From: Candidatus Micrarchaeaceae archaeon | Lineage (GTDB): Archaea; Micrarchaeota; Micrarchaeia; Micrarchaeales; CABMGC01 | Assembly (NCBI GenBank): GCA_038877255.1 | Contig: JAVYWZ010000008.1 | Location: 1-40,407, forward strand | DNA length: 40,407 nucleotides | Direction of reading: 5' to 3' | Shown here: piece by piece, positions 8,595 through 17,640 of the stretch | Layout: each line of letters starts with the position of its first letter | Position numbering within the stretch: position 1 is the first letter of the stretch | Position numbers and translations under genes: made by a program | Notes under the pieces: generated by a model | What the model was told of the DNA's origin: nothing | What the model saw: the letters and a program-made list of their open reading frames with translations, nothing else | Database searches by the model: none

Positions 8595-9164
8595 TCACTT
8601 GTGCTGTTGCTGTTGCGTGCGTCAAAAGAATACAGTTATGGAAGCAGGTCTTATGTGCCTGTCGAAAAGATTATAAAAAAAAGCACAGTACTTCGCATAA
8701 TTTCCCCTTACATCGATCCGTACTATGCTGAATTTTTGATTAGGCACGCAAAAGGCAAGCGCATTCGTATAATTTCTTCATCGATAAGCAAGAGTGCGAA
8801 GGCAAAACTGAAGAGGCGCTCATTTTCAAAATTTGTGGCATTTGTTGCATTTCTTTTAGTGCTAAACATGTTTTTGGCACACGGGCAGCCTGCGCTAGCG
8901 TTCATATCTCTAATCTGCTCGCTAATATACTTGCTTGTTTATCTAGAGGATTACGAGACTAAGAAGGGCATTCTGCTTAAAGTACCAAGGCGGTTCGTGC
9001 ATGCAAAAGTATACATAGGCGATTCTGCTGCTGTTGAAGGATCTGCTAATTTGACATTCATGGGCATGCACAAAAACATAGAACAAACCCGGTTTATACA
9101 AAACAGTGAAGAAGTTGCTATTCTAAAGAACGAGTTTGACAAGCTCTGGCACAGGCTCGGCTAA
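8592..9164 (+). CDS. Single-HKD phospholipase D-superfamily protein with internal TM hairpin
   Basis: IISPYID, HAKVYIGD (HxKxxxxD), GSANLT, N.E, F..LW; two hydrophobic helices in the middle; start codon uncertain. Confidence 0.8.
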   Translation: MSLVLLLLRASKEYSYGSRSYVPVEKIIKKSTVLRIISPYIDPYYAEFLIRHAKGKRIRIISSSISKSAKAKLKRRSFSKFVAFVAFLLVLNMFLAHGQPALAFISLICSLIYLLVYLEDYETKKGILLKVPRRFVHAKVYIGDSAAVEGSANLTFMGMHKNIEQTRFIQNSEEVAILKNEFDKLWHRLG

Positions 9165-9167
9165 CAC

Positions 9168-9836
9168 TTATTCAAACGTTATTTCCAATGGCCCGGAATA
9201 GTTTTGGTCTGGAGATTTAAGGTAAATTGATACCACAAAGCTATTGCTGCTCGCTACCTCGAACGGCGTCTGCGGTTCTGTTTTTATTACGCTGAAAGGT
9301 GCGCTTGCTCTTACTGTTTTTACTTTATCTCCTTCATGCAGTATTGTAAGCAACTGAACATCTTGTTTTATTGTATCGCCCTTATTTATGTACATGCTTC
9401 TTGCAGAATCCTCAACCGTAAAGCTCTTGCCTGCCGCTGAAAGCTTTACTCTGTTTATGCTTATGTGTACTGCATCTGGTGTCTTTGCCTGCATCTCCAA
9501 AAAAAGCGGTCCGGAATAAGCTACATCCGGAGCACGGAGTCTTAGCACAATTTCAGTGCTTTGCATATATGAAATTATTATTGGCAAAGAAGGGCTCACC
9601 GACACTAGCGTGAACGGCGCCTTTACCGAGATCGCATCAATTCTTAGATCTGGTCTTTTAATATTGTCAATATCGAGGTCGCTTGCCGTCTTGTTATGAA
9701 ACGGTATTCTGATCTCGAATTCCTTTTGCACCACTTTAAGCCCCTGAAGCTGGTGCACTTCATTCATGTATTTTATATTTATGCTTGTTATTTCTGCAAT
9801 TTTATTTTTTCTAAAAAACTTTCTTACACTGAACAC
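9168..9836 (-). CDS. Hypothetical protein with two internally repeated beta-rich (Ig-like) domains
   Basis: APFTLVSVSP.LP...LRAPDVAYSGPL versus APFSVIKTEP.TP...LKSPDQNYSGPL. Confidence 0.75.
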   Translation of the reverse strand: MFSVRKFFRKNKIAEITSINIKYMNEVHQLQGLKVVQKEFEIRIPFHNKTASDLDIDNIKRPDLRIDAISVKAPFTLVSVSPSLPIIISYMQSTEIVLRLRAPDVAYSGPLFLEMQAKTPDAVHISINRVKLSAAGKSFTVEDSARSMYINKGDTIKQDVQLLTILHEGDKVKTVRASAPFSVIKTEPQTPFEVASSNSFVVSIYLKSPDQNYSGPLEITFE

Positions 9837-9887
9837 GAAAACACCACTTTTATTTACTTATGTTTTAAAATATATTAATGTGGTTTT

Positions 9888-10349
9888 ATGGCCGAGGAAG
9901 GGGACAAGGCACCAGATTTTGAACTCGTGGGCAATGATAACAAGAAGCACACACTTTCGGAGTTCAAGGGAAAGCGCGTTGTTGTTTATTTTTACCCGAA
10001 GGATAATACGCCGGGCTGCACAGCCGAAGCCTGTTCATTCAGGGATTCCATAAAGGAAGTAAGAAGCCTAGGAGCAGAAGTGATAGGAATAAGCAAGGAT
10101 ACCATTGAATCGCACAGCAAGTTTTCAGGCAAATACTCGCTTAATTTCCTGCTGCTTTCCGACCCTAATAGCAAAACAATAAAAGCGTTTGGAGCATATG
10201 GTAGCAGAGGCATTTTCGGATTTGGCACGCTCCGCAAAACATATGTTATAGGAACTGATGGAAAGATAGAGCGCATATTCGAAAATATAAAACCGGAAGA
10301 ACACGCTAAAAAAGTCATAGAGTATTTGAAGGGCTTCAAAAAGGCGTGA
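9888..10349 (+). CDS. bcp: Peroxiredoxin BCP/PrxQ
   Basis: APDF, VYFYPKDNTPGCTAEAC. Confidence 0.95.
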   Translation: MAEEGDKAPDFELVGNDNKKHTLSEFKGKRVVVYFYPKDNTPGCTAEACSFRDSIKEVRSLGAEVIGISKDTIESHSKFSGKYSLNFLLLSDPNSKTIKAFGAYGSRGIFGFGTLRKTYVIGTDGKIERIFENIKPEEHAKKVIEYLKGFKKA

Positions 10350-10353
10350 TAAA

Positions 10354-12885
10354 TTGAAATCGCGAGAAACATTGGGCAAAAACATACTCCCAAAAGAATA
10401 CAAAATTACAATAGAGCCTGATTTCAAGCTATTCTCTTTTAAAGGCGAAGAAGAGATAAGCATGAGCATAGGCGCGCCAACCAGCGCAATAAAAATGAAT
10501 GTAAACGGCATCAGAATAAGCAAAGCTACTGTTATAGACTCGAAGGGCTCTGCACAGAGTGCGGGCATTTTATACAATTCAAAGAGACAGACAGTGTCGC
10601 TTAGTCTCAAAAACAAAATAGTTGGCAGTGCAAGAGTGCTTTTGTCATTCTCCGGCAAGATAAATGACTCTCTCGCAGGCATGTACAAAAGCAGCTACAC
10701 CTATTCCGGCAAGCAGCAATATGTGCTTACTACGCAGTTCGAGGCGCCTGATGCGCGCAGGGCATTTCCCTGCTTTGACGAACCAGAATTAAAGGCAGTT
10801 TTCAAAATATCCCTGCTGATTGATAACGACAAAGACGCTATCTCAAATATGCCTATAAAGAAAACGCAGCAGAAAGGCAGCAAGAAGCTCGTTATCTTTG
10901 AGCCTACCCCGAGAATGTCAACTTATCTTGTTTATATCGGCGTTGGCAAGTTTGAATATGTTAATGGCAGGCTTGGCAAACTCAGGATACGTGCAGTGAC
11001 AACACTCGGCAAGCGTTCAATGGCAAAGCTTCCTGTTGCATACGCCAAGAAATTCATACGTTTTTACGAAAACTACTTCAACGTTAAATATCCGTTGCCA
11101 AAGCTCGACCTTATTGCAGTGCCTGACTTTGCGATGGGTGCGATGGAAAACTGGGGTGCCATAACGTTCAGAGAGCTCGACATGCTGTGCGATGAAAACT
11201 CATCTGTTGCTGCAAAGCAAAAGGTTGCAATAACGGTAGCGCACGAGCTTGCTCATCAGTGGTTTGGCGACCTTGTTACAATGCAGTGGTGGAATGACCT
11301 CTGGCTTAATGAGAGCTTTGCAACTTTTATGAGCTACAAGGCAGTAAACGCTGCATTTCCTGAATGGGAGATGAACAAGAGATATGTTCTTGATACTATA
11401 GCTACTGCGCTGTCTGCAGACTCTTTGAAGAATACGCACCCAATAAGCGTAACTGTAAATACCCCAGGAGAGATCAGCAGTATCTTTGATAGGATAAGTT
11501 ACGAAAAAGGAGGCTCTGTGCTTAATATGCTTGAGGATTATGTAGGCAAAGAGTCATTTAGAAAAGGCCTCAATTACTACTTGAAAAAGCACGCATATGC
11601 AAATGCCACTGCCCATGACTTGTGGAATGCAATAAGCGTTGTTTCTAAAAATAAGGAATTTACAAGCGTGGCAAAGGCGTGGATAACAAAGAAGGGCTAT
11701 CCTGTGCTCAATTTAAGGCGCTCCAAAGGCATGCGCGGAGACGTTCTGGAAATAACACAGAAGAGATTTCTGATAAGCGGCGAATCATCAGGCACATGGC
11801 CTGTGCCCGTGCATTATCTTACCTCTGAAGGAAAAGACTATAGGGTGCTGCTCAACAGCTCTGCCTCAACTTTAAGCGCCAGAAGCGGCTTGTGGACAAA
11901 GCTCAACTACGGGCAAAACGGCCTTTACAGGTCACGCTATTATGGCGATTTATATTCAAGTGTTTTGAGCGCAGCAAGAGAGCACATGCTAAGCGACCTT
12001 GACGTATGGGGCTTAGAAGATGACATGTTTGCGCTTACAAGAAGCAGCGTGATTAGCGCCAAAGAGTATCTTGACAACGTCATGGAGTACTTCTTAGATG
12101 CTGGTTATCCTGCAAACATAAATACGATAGGCCATTTGAACTGGATCTACATGATGCTTTATGGCGCAGAAGGCGACCTGCCAATTCGTGCAACTCACGC
12201 GCTAGAAGACTACTGTTTGCACGTTATCAGGAAACTTGGGTTTAGACCAAAAGAAGGAGAAAAAACTACAGATAAAAATACAAGGAGCGCCGCGATACTT
12301 GGTCTTGGCATAGCCGGCAATAAGAAGGCGATAAACTTCGTGTCAAAAGAATTTTCAAAGCGCAAGGCGAATGGCACTATAGATTCCGATACCAGAAGCA
12401 CTGTGTACATGCTTTCGGCATGGAATGGCAATGCGAATACGTTCAAAGAGCTCAGAAAACTGTATGAACGAGCAGTGCAGCTTGATGAAAAATACGAGTT
12501 GCTTGCCGCACTTGCCGGATTCCAAAACAACGTTCTTATCAGAAAGGCGTTCTCGCTCGTCTTTTCCAAAAGCGTCAAGTTGCAAGATTCATTCATATTG
12601 CCAATGGCAGCAGCTACAAATCCAGCTGCAAGGCAGTACTTGCTTGATTGGACTCTTTCGAATTGGCGCAAGATGATGAATTTGTACCCCGAGAGCATCG
12701 GCATGCTGAGCCGCTTTGTCAATAATCTTGGCGTGCTGAACAGCGAATTCGCAGAGGCAAGGCTTGTCAAATTTTTTAAGAACAGGCAAAACATGCGCGA
12801 CGATATCGAAAAAGAGGTGCGCATAGCGCTTGAACGAATAGCTGCAAATGTAAAATTCGTAAAAAAGAATTTAGGCGCTACCTGA
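10354..12885 (+). CDS. M1 aminopeptidase (tricorn-interacting factor F2/F3-like)
   Basis: TQFE..DARRAFPCFDEP, GAMENWG, HELAHQWFG..V...WW..LWLNE, SYEKG. Confidence 0.95.
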   Translation: MKSRETLGKNILPKEYKITIEPDFKLFSFKGEEEISMSIGAPTSAIKMNVNGIRISKATVIDSKGSAQSAGILYNSKRQTVSLSLKNKIVGSARVLLSFSGKINDSLAGMYKSSYTYSGKQQYVLTTQFEAPDARRAFPCFDEPELKAVFKISLLIDNDKDAISNMPIKKTQQKGSKKLVIFEPTPRMSTYLVYIGVGKFEYVNGRLGKLRIRAVTTLGKRSMAKLPVAYAKKFIRFYENYFNVKYPLPKLDLIAVPDFAMGAMENWGAITFRELDMLCDENSSVAAKQKVAITVAHELAHQWFGDLVTMQWWNDLWLNESFATFMSYKAVNAAFPEWEMNKRYVLDTIATALSADSLKNTHPISVTVNTPGEISSIFDRISYEKGGSVLNMLEDYVGKESFRKGLNYYLKKHAYANATAHDLWNAISVVSKNKEFTSVAKAWITKKGYPVLNLRRSKGMRGDVLEITQKRFLISGESSGTWPVPVHYLTSEGKDYRVLLNSSASTLSARSGLWTKLNYGQNGLYRSRYYGDLYSSVLSAAREHMLSDLDVWGLEDDMFALTRSSVISAKEYLDNVMEYFLDAGYPANINTIGHLNWIYMMLYGAEGDLPIRATHALEDYCLHVIRKLGFRPKEGEKTTDKNTRSAAILGLGIAGNKKAINFVSKEFSKRKANGTIDSDTRSTVYMLSAWNGNANTFKELRKLYERAVQLDEKYELLAALAGFQNNVLIRKAFSLVFSKSVKLQDSFILPMAAATNPAARQYLLDWTLSNWRKMMNLYPESIGMLSRFVNNLGVLNSEFAEARLVKFFKNRQNMRDDIEKEVRIALERIAANVKFVKKNLGAT

Positions 12886-12919
12886 AAATGTTTTTAATCT
12901 TTCTATTAGAAAGGGTAAT

Positions 12920-13966
12920 ATGGCAATATACCATACCTTTATCACGCTCTTGGTTCCTGCTGTAGCTGCGTATGTAATTACCCTAATCTCTACAAAATTT
13001 CTTTCAGGCTATTTGTTCGAGTCAGGCGTATTCGAAGAAGACCAGAACAAGGGCAGGCTTGTAAGATTGCCAAGCAGCCTCGGCCTTGCAGTAGTGTTCG
13101 GCACAGTAGTTGGAATTCTTACTTATGCATTCGGAGTGAGCTTTCTTGTTAATTCTCAGCGCGCAGTGCTTGACGTAAGAGACCTTTTTGCAGTAAGCAT
13201 GTCGCTGCTACTTATTTCGCTTGTCGGCTTTCTTGATGATATAAATGTCAAGAAAAGGCGTGTGAACGCCACCGAAATAAAATCGTTCAAGAAGGGTCTT
13301 AAGCAGTGGCAGAAACCGTTACTTACAATATTAGGCGCGCTGCCATTAATGGCCATAAACGCGGGCGTGAACGTAGTCAGGGTGCCTTTCATTGGCAACA
13401 TATCTCTTGGGTTGTGGTATCCGTTGCTTGTTCTTCCGTTGGCAATAATTTTTGCATCTAACGCAGTAAACCTTCTTGGCGGCTTTGACGGCCTTCAGCC
13501 AGGCATGGGCGCAATAGCGCTAGCAGGTCTATTTGTTTATTCTGTGATTTATGGCACACACATGGGTGCGCTCATCTCAGCAGTAATGCTCGCATCGGTG
13601 CTTGCGTTTTTGCCGTTCAACCTTGGCAAGGTCATACCGGGCGATAGCTTTACCTACGCACTTGGAACCGGGCTTATAGCAGTAATGGTCTTAGGAAACG
13701 CAGAGGCGTTTGGCATAATAATATTCATTCCTTGGATTATAGAATTTTTGCTTCACCTTAGAAAAGGGTTTAAGGTCAGCGACCTCGGCATAAAGCAGAA
13801 GGATGGAACTTTTAAGGCGCCTTACGGCAAGCACATATACAGCCTTACCCACCTGATAATGAATATAAAAAAGGTGCGCGAAAGAGACGTTTCTGCCTAT
13901 TTATCGCTTATAGAATTCGCTTTCGTAGTACTTGCATTTCTTATGAAGCTTGGCGGCTTCCTGTGA
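12920..13966 (+). CDS. aglH: UDP-GlcNAc:dolichol-P GlcNAc-1-P transferase (MraY/GPT family, AglH-like)
   Basis: Multi-TM; GFLDD, NAVN.L.GFDGL, FN....PGDS, YSLTH. Confidence 0.8.
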   Translation: MAIYHTFITLLVPAVAAYVITLISTKFLSGYLFESGVFEEDQNKGRLVRLPSSLGLAVVFGTVVGILTYAFGVSFLVNSQRAVLDVRDLFAVSMSLLLISLVGFLDDINVKKRRVNATEIKSFKKGLKQWQKPLLTILGALPLMAINAGVNVVRVPFIGNISLGLWYPLLVLPLAIIFASNAVNLLGGFDGLQPGMGAIALAGLFVYSVIYGTHMGALISAVMLASVLAFLPFNLGKVIPGDSFTYALGTGLIAVMVLGNAEAFGIIIFIPWIIEFLLHLRKGFKVSDLGIKQKDGTFKAPYGKHIYSLTHLIMNIKKVRERDVSAYLSLIEFAFVVLAFLMKLGGFL

Positions 13967-14166
13967 TAGGCGGGCTTTGCAAGCATAACGTCTGCTTTTC
14001 TTATTAGCGTTCTTCTGCCAGCGTGCTTTGCGTATGCTTTAGCTCGCTCAGTGACAAGCTCTGTAAGCTGCTCGAGTTCCTTTTCAAGGTTCAATACTGC
14101 ATCTTCTGTTACCTTTTCAGCTCCTGCTTCTCTTATGAACTGCTCAATATCATACAGACTATACAC
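13897..14166 (-). CDS. Second histone-fold protein, acidic, with C-terminal tail
   Basis: IREAGAEKVTEDA....A..YAKHAGRRTLI..ADV.LA; GTG start at 14166 after G-rich RBS; overlaps convergent aglH by 70 nt. Confidence 0.85.
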   Translation of the reverse strand: MYSLYDIEQFIREAGAEKVTEDAVLNLEKELEQLTELVTERAKAYAKHAGRRTLIRKADVMLAKPAYHRKPPSFIRNASTTKANSISDK

Positions 14167-14262
14167 CCTTCCCCCCAAGCAACCACCAAACAAGAAGTAA
14201 GACTATTTCCAAAGAAAAGAATAAAAAGAAATTGACTAAGTTCCGAATAGTGGAATATCAAA

Positions 14263-15522
14263 CTACTTGTGCTTCAAGAGAGCACCTATGCCGCCGAACC
14301 CCATGAGGAACTCCTTTCCATAAGAGCTTTCATTTGAAACGAATATTGTTTCTGTGCCGTTTTTGTCAGCTATGCCTATCAGTTCCTCTATGCCATCTCT
14401 AAGCTCAACTGTATTGTAAACTCCTCCGCAGCCGGCATGGAGTCTGTCCTTGGCAGGATCTTCATTGTTTGCAATTTCCATTTTTCTTTTTTCAAATGCC
14501 TCTTCGCTTTCATCAGCGCTGCGCTTGATGGGCACTTCTATCTCATCATTGCACTTGTTGCATCTTCGCTTGGCAATATAATAATCGTATTCTATGTTTA
14601 TTATCAGCGTAGACGTATTGTTGGCGAGCAGCGCATTCTTTGTATTGTCATAGCCATATACTGCAAGCCCGTTGCTCGATACCTCCCTGATAAACTGCTC
14701 TAATATGCGCCTCTCCTGTGACGCCTCCTGCTCTTTCAGAATATCAGATGCCTTGTCCACGAGCTCGTTGAGCCCTGTTTCATCTGTGTAGCCCGTATCA
14801 AAAGAACCAAGGATCTTTATCTGATAATTAAGCTTTTTGGCCTTTTGGAAGTTTTCCTTTGCAGGACCAGGACCTCCTATGATAAGACCTTTTATCTTAA
14901 ACGATTTTTCTTGAAAAATTGAATTAATAAATTCGCTTATCTCTGTGTAATAATAGTCTATGTCCTCCTCTCTTGCTCTGGCGAATCTCCTTGCGCTTTG
15001 GCCTCCTTTTTTCATTTTTGCGTGAGCCATAGAGCGGAGCCGCTTTATGACCTGTATATGGGTGCCTTTGAGCGTTGCGATTGTCGCTTCGCGGCCATCC
15101 AGTACTAGCAACACAAAAGTATCGCTTGATTCAACCATTGTTTCTATCGGATCTAGCAAGAAAGTCGAATCACATCTGTAAATGTTAACGCGTATAGGCT
15201 CAGGCGGCTCCATAGAGAAAATTTCAATGTCTTCCCTGCCTGGATCTGGAGAGATATTGCCGCAGAATACTATGAGGCCATTTTTTGGCGTTTCGCGGTA
15301 CAGCTTTAAGTATTGGATTATCTTGTCTATTGCGCTTTGAACATTTGTGCGCGTGGTCTTAGACTTTATGTTGCCTGACTGATTGTATTCTTGTCTTAGC
15401 TTTGCAATCTCCTCACTCATTTGGAACCCGGCAGGCACATAAATGCTTATCAGCTCTGTTCCGTAGCCACGGATAGATTTAAGCCTCTTTATCTCTTTCA
15501 ACAAGTCATATGTTTCTTTCAT
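14263..15522 (-). CDS. prf1: Peptide chain release factor aRF1
   Basis: GTELISIY, NIKS, YRCD, GGQS, FGGIGA.L. Confidence 0.97.
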   Translation of the reverse strand: MKETYDLLKEIKRLKSIRGYGTELISIYVPAGFQMSEEIAKLRQEYNQSGNIKSKTTRTNVQSAIDKIIQYLKLYRETPKNGLIVFCGNISPDPGREDIEIFSMEPPEPIRVNIYRCDSTFLLDPIETMVESSDTFVLLVLDGREATIATLKGTHIQVIKRLRSMAHAKMKKGGQSARRFARAREEDIDYYYTEISEFINSIFQEKSFKIKGLIIGGPGPAKENFQKAKKLNYQIKILGSFDTGYTDETGLNELVDKASDILKEQEASQERRILEQFIREVSSNGLAVYGYDNTKNALLANNTSTLIINIEYDYYIAKRRCNKCNDEIEVPIKRSADESEEAFEKRKMEIANNEDPAKDRLHAGCGGVYNTVELRDGIEELIGIADKNGTETIFVSNESSYGKEFLMGFGGIGALLKHK

Positions 15523-15536
15523 AAAAATCGCTAGTG

Positions 15537-16835
15537 CTAACCTATCTTGTTCTTGTGCATGTAAGGAACAAGCACGTCTGGAACTGTTATAGTACCATCA
15601 TCGTTTGCATAATTTTCTATTATTGCGACCATCGTTCTTGTTGTAGCTATCGCAGTGCCGTTGAGCGTATGCACGTACTTTCTTTCGTTTCCTTCATCGT
15701 ATTTTATATCAAGCCTTAAAGACTGCCAATCGGTGCAGTTTGAGCAAGAAACAACCTCGCGGTATTGGCCTTGCGATGGCATGTACGCTTCTATGTCATA
15801 TTTCTTTGCTGCAACGCTACCTATATCCCCTGTGCATATGTTAACAACACGGTAAGGCAATCCAAGCTTCTGGTTTAACATCTCTGAGTTTTTGACTATT
15901 TCCTCAAGAATATCCCATGAATCCTCTTGCCTTGAAAAGACGAATTGCTCAACCTTATAGAATTGGTGCACGCGAAATATGCCCTTTGTATCTTTTCCAT
16001 GCGCGCCTGCTTCTCTCCTGAAGCATGGGCTCACCCCAACAAACTTCTTTGGCAGTTCCTTTGCCGATAGCACCTTGCCTGCATACATTGCTGCTAACGG
16101 ATGCTCAGAAGTAGCTATCATAAAAAGTTCATCATTAACATGCTCATAATCTGCCTTTTCTTTTGCCTCGCCAGGCTCCGCAACTTTATAAAGCATCTCC
16201 TCGAAATCGCCCATTGTAGTTACGCCACGGTAGTACTCGCGCTTTAGCATTAGGGGCGGAGCTATAAGCGTATACCCTTTGCCTGTAAGCTCGTCTATTG
16301 CAAAGCGTATGAGCGACTGCTCCAAAAGAGCAATATCACCCTTCAGGTAGTAAAATCTTGCGCCAGAAACCTTTGATGCTTGGTCCAAATCTACAAGACC
16401 GAGCTTGCCGAGCACGTCTACGTGATTTTTGGTAGTTTGCGTTTTTATAGTGCCCCACTTCCTTACTTCGACGTTATCGCTGCTATCTTTGCCATATGGT
16501 ACTGATTCATGAAGTACGTTTGGCAGATTCCAGAGAAGTGACTCAATCTTTTTTTGGTATTGCTCAAGCTGGCTCTCAAGTTCATCTATTTGCTCTTTAG
16601 TAGAAGCAAGCTTTTCCAGCTCTTCTTTGCTGGGCTCTTTGCCCTGCTTCTTTGCGTTAGAAACTGCTTCGCTACCTTTGTTGCGGTCAGACCTGAGCTT
16701 CTGCACCTGCACCATGAGCTTTCTTGATTTCTCGTCGTACTCCTGCAGCTCGTCGATTGGAAAGTCGCTCTTCCTTTTCTCAAGCGACTTTTTTATCGCG
16801 TCAAAATTATCCCTGACATATTTTGTTGTTATCAT
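15537..16835 (-). CDS. serS: Seryl-tRNA synthetase (class II, standard type)
   Basis: LPN....VP.G, TSEHP, FRREAG, RVHQF.KVEQF, EVVSCSNC, HTLNGT. Confidence 0.97.
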   Translation of the reverse strand: MITTKYVRDNFDAIKKSLEKRKSDFPIDELQEYDEKSRKLMVQVQKLRSDRNKGSEAVSNAKKQGKEPSKEELEKLASTKEQIDELESQLEQYQKKIESLLWNLPNVLHESVPYGKDSSDNVEVRKWGTIKTQTTKNHVDVLGKLGLVDLDQASKVSGARFYYLKGDIALLEQSLIRFAIDELTGKGYTLIAPPLMLKREYYRGVTTMGDFEEMLYKVAEPGEAKEKADYEHVNDELFMIATSEHPLAAMYAGKVLSAKELPKKFVGVSPCFRREAGAHGKDTKGIFRVHQFYKVEQFVFSRQEDSWDILEEIVKNSEMLNQKLGLPYRVVNICTGDIGSVAAKKYDIEAYMPSQGQYREVVSCSNCTDWQSLRLDIKYDEGNERKYVHTLNGTAIATTRTMVAIIENYANDDGTITVPDVLVPYMHKNKIG

Positions 16836-16905
16836 ACAAACACTTAGTTATTGCACAAGCACACTGTAATTGAAACACCTAGTATATTTTATTACTTACT
16901 TTTAT

Positions 16906-17447
16906 ATAATGTGGCGTAAAACCCACACCCTTCAGGGGTGGGATATAAGCCACTGCAGAAATGTGCAGAAATGCATATAAATTTTGAGATGCATAAGGCC
17001 ATAACCATGATCGTCATGAAAACTGCATATAAATACCGTGCATATCCTTCAAAGGAGCAAAAGGCAAAATTAGATAGTCAAATGTTCCTCGCAAAAAATC
17101 TCTACAATCTTCTTCTTGAAAAATCGAAAGCGTATTACAAAGAAACAGGGAAGACGCTCACTAAATGCGGAAACGTGCAGGAAATGACCCTGAATAAAAG
17201 AACATTCATATGCGAGAAATGCGGAAATAAGGAAGACAGGGACATAAATGCATCAATGAACATACTTGAGCGAGGAATACTCGCAAGAGCTACCGAAGGA
17301 CATTCGGGAAGTCAAGCCTGTGGAGACGATGTAAGACCTTCCGCAAGGGAGGCAGTTGCCGACGAAGCAGGAACTATACGGGTGGCATCATGACAGCAAA
17401 TAAAGCCACCCTGGAAGCCCACGAATTCATTCGTGGGAGGATGTCAC
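16906..17447 (+). mobile_element. Non-autonomous IS200/IS605 (IS1341-like) element with internally deleted tnpB and intact ends
   Basis: Left-end hairpin GTGGC..CCCACACCCTTCAGGGGTGGG..GCCAC (16911-16953); right-end hairpin CCCACGAAT/ATTCGTGGG ending GGATGTCAC; candidate TAM TTTAT at 16901-16905 (left boundary inferred). Confidence 0.85.
17007..17393 (+). pseudogene. tnpB: tnpB deletion derivative (N-terminal HTH fused in frame to Zn-ribbon/RuvC-III)
   Basis: KTAYKYRAYPSKEQ...LYN..L joined near 17163 to KCG...RTFICEKCG..EDRDINASMNI; RuvC-I/II absent. Confidence 0.9.
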
Positions 17448-17471
17448 AAATTATTGCGAGCACGTTGCAAG
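17290..17471 (+). ncRNA. Putative omegaRNA (reRNA) scaffold plus flank-derived guide
   Basis: ACCGAAGGACATTCGGGAAGTCAAGCCTGTGGAGA and right-end hairpin are typical of tnpB 3' ends; 5' boundary approximate. Confidence 0.55.
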
Positions 17472-17557
17472 GCAGGGGTGGCAGAGTTTGGCCAAATGCG
17501 GCGGGCTTAGGCCCCGTTCCCTTAGCGGGTGCGTGAGTTCAAATCTCACCCCCTGCA
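17472..17557 (+). tRNA. tRNA-Leu(TAG), no intron, CCA not encoded
   Basis: Acceptor GCAGGGG/CCCCTGC, anticodon stem GCGGG/CCCGT with CT-TAG-GC loop, long variable arm, GTGAG-TTCAAAT-CTCAC, discriminator A. Confidence 0.95.
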
Positions 17558-17640
17558 CTTATTAGGCACTAATGCCTCTAAGCCCACCTGCTGCGCAGTA
17601 TAGCGATACGAACCCGTAGGCCCATGATTCTGCATTCTGA

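Noticed and set aside
8450..8731. Cys-rich 93-aa ORF
   Set aside because: Cys pattern arises from the TGT/TGC-rich 16-bp repeat and it overlaps the PLD gene
17472..17640. tRNA-Leu as an integration site with a duplicated 3' end
   Set aside because: No second copy of the tRNA 3' end and no integrase noticed in the window
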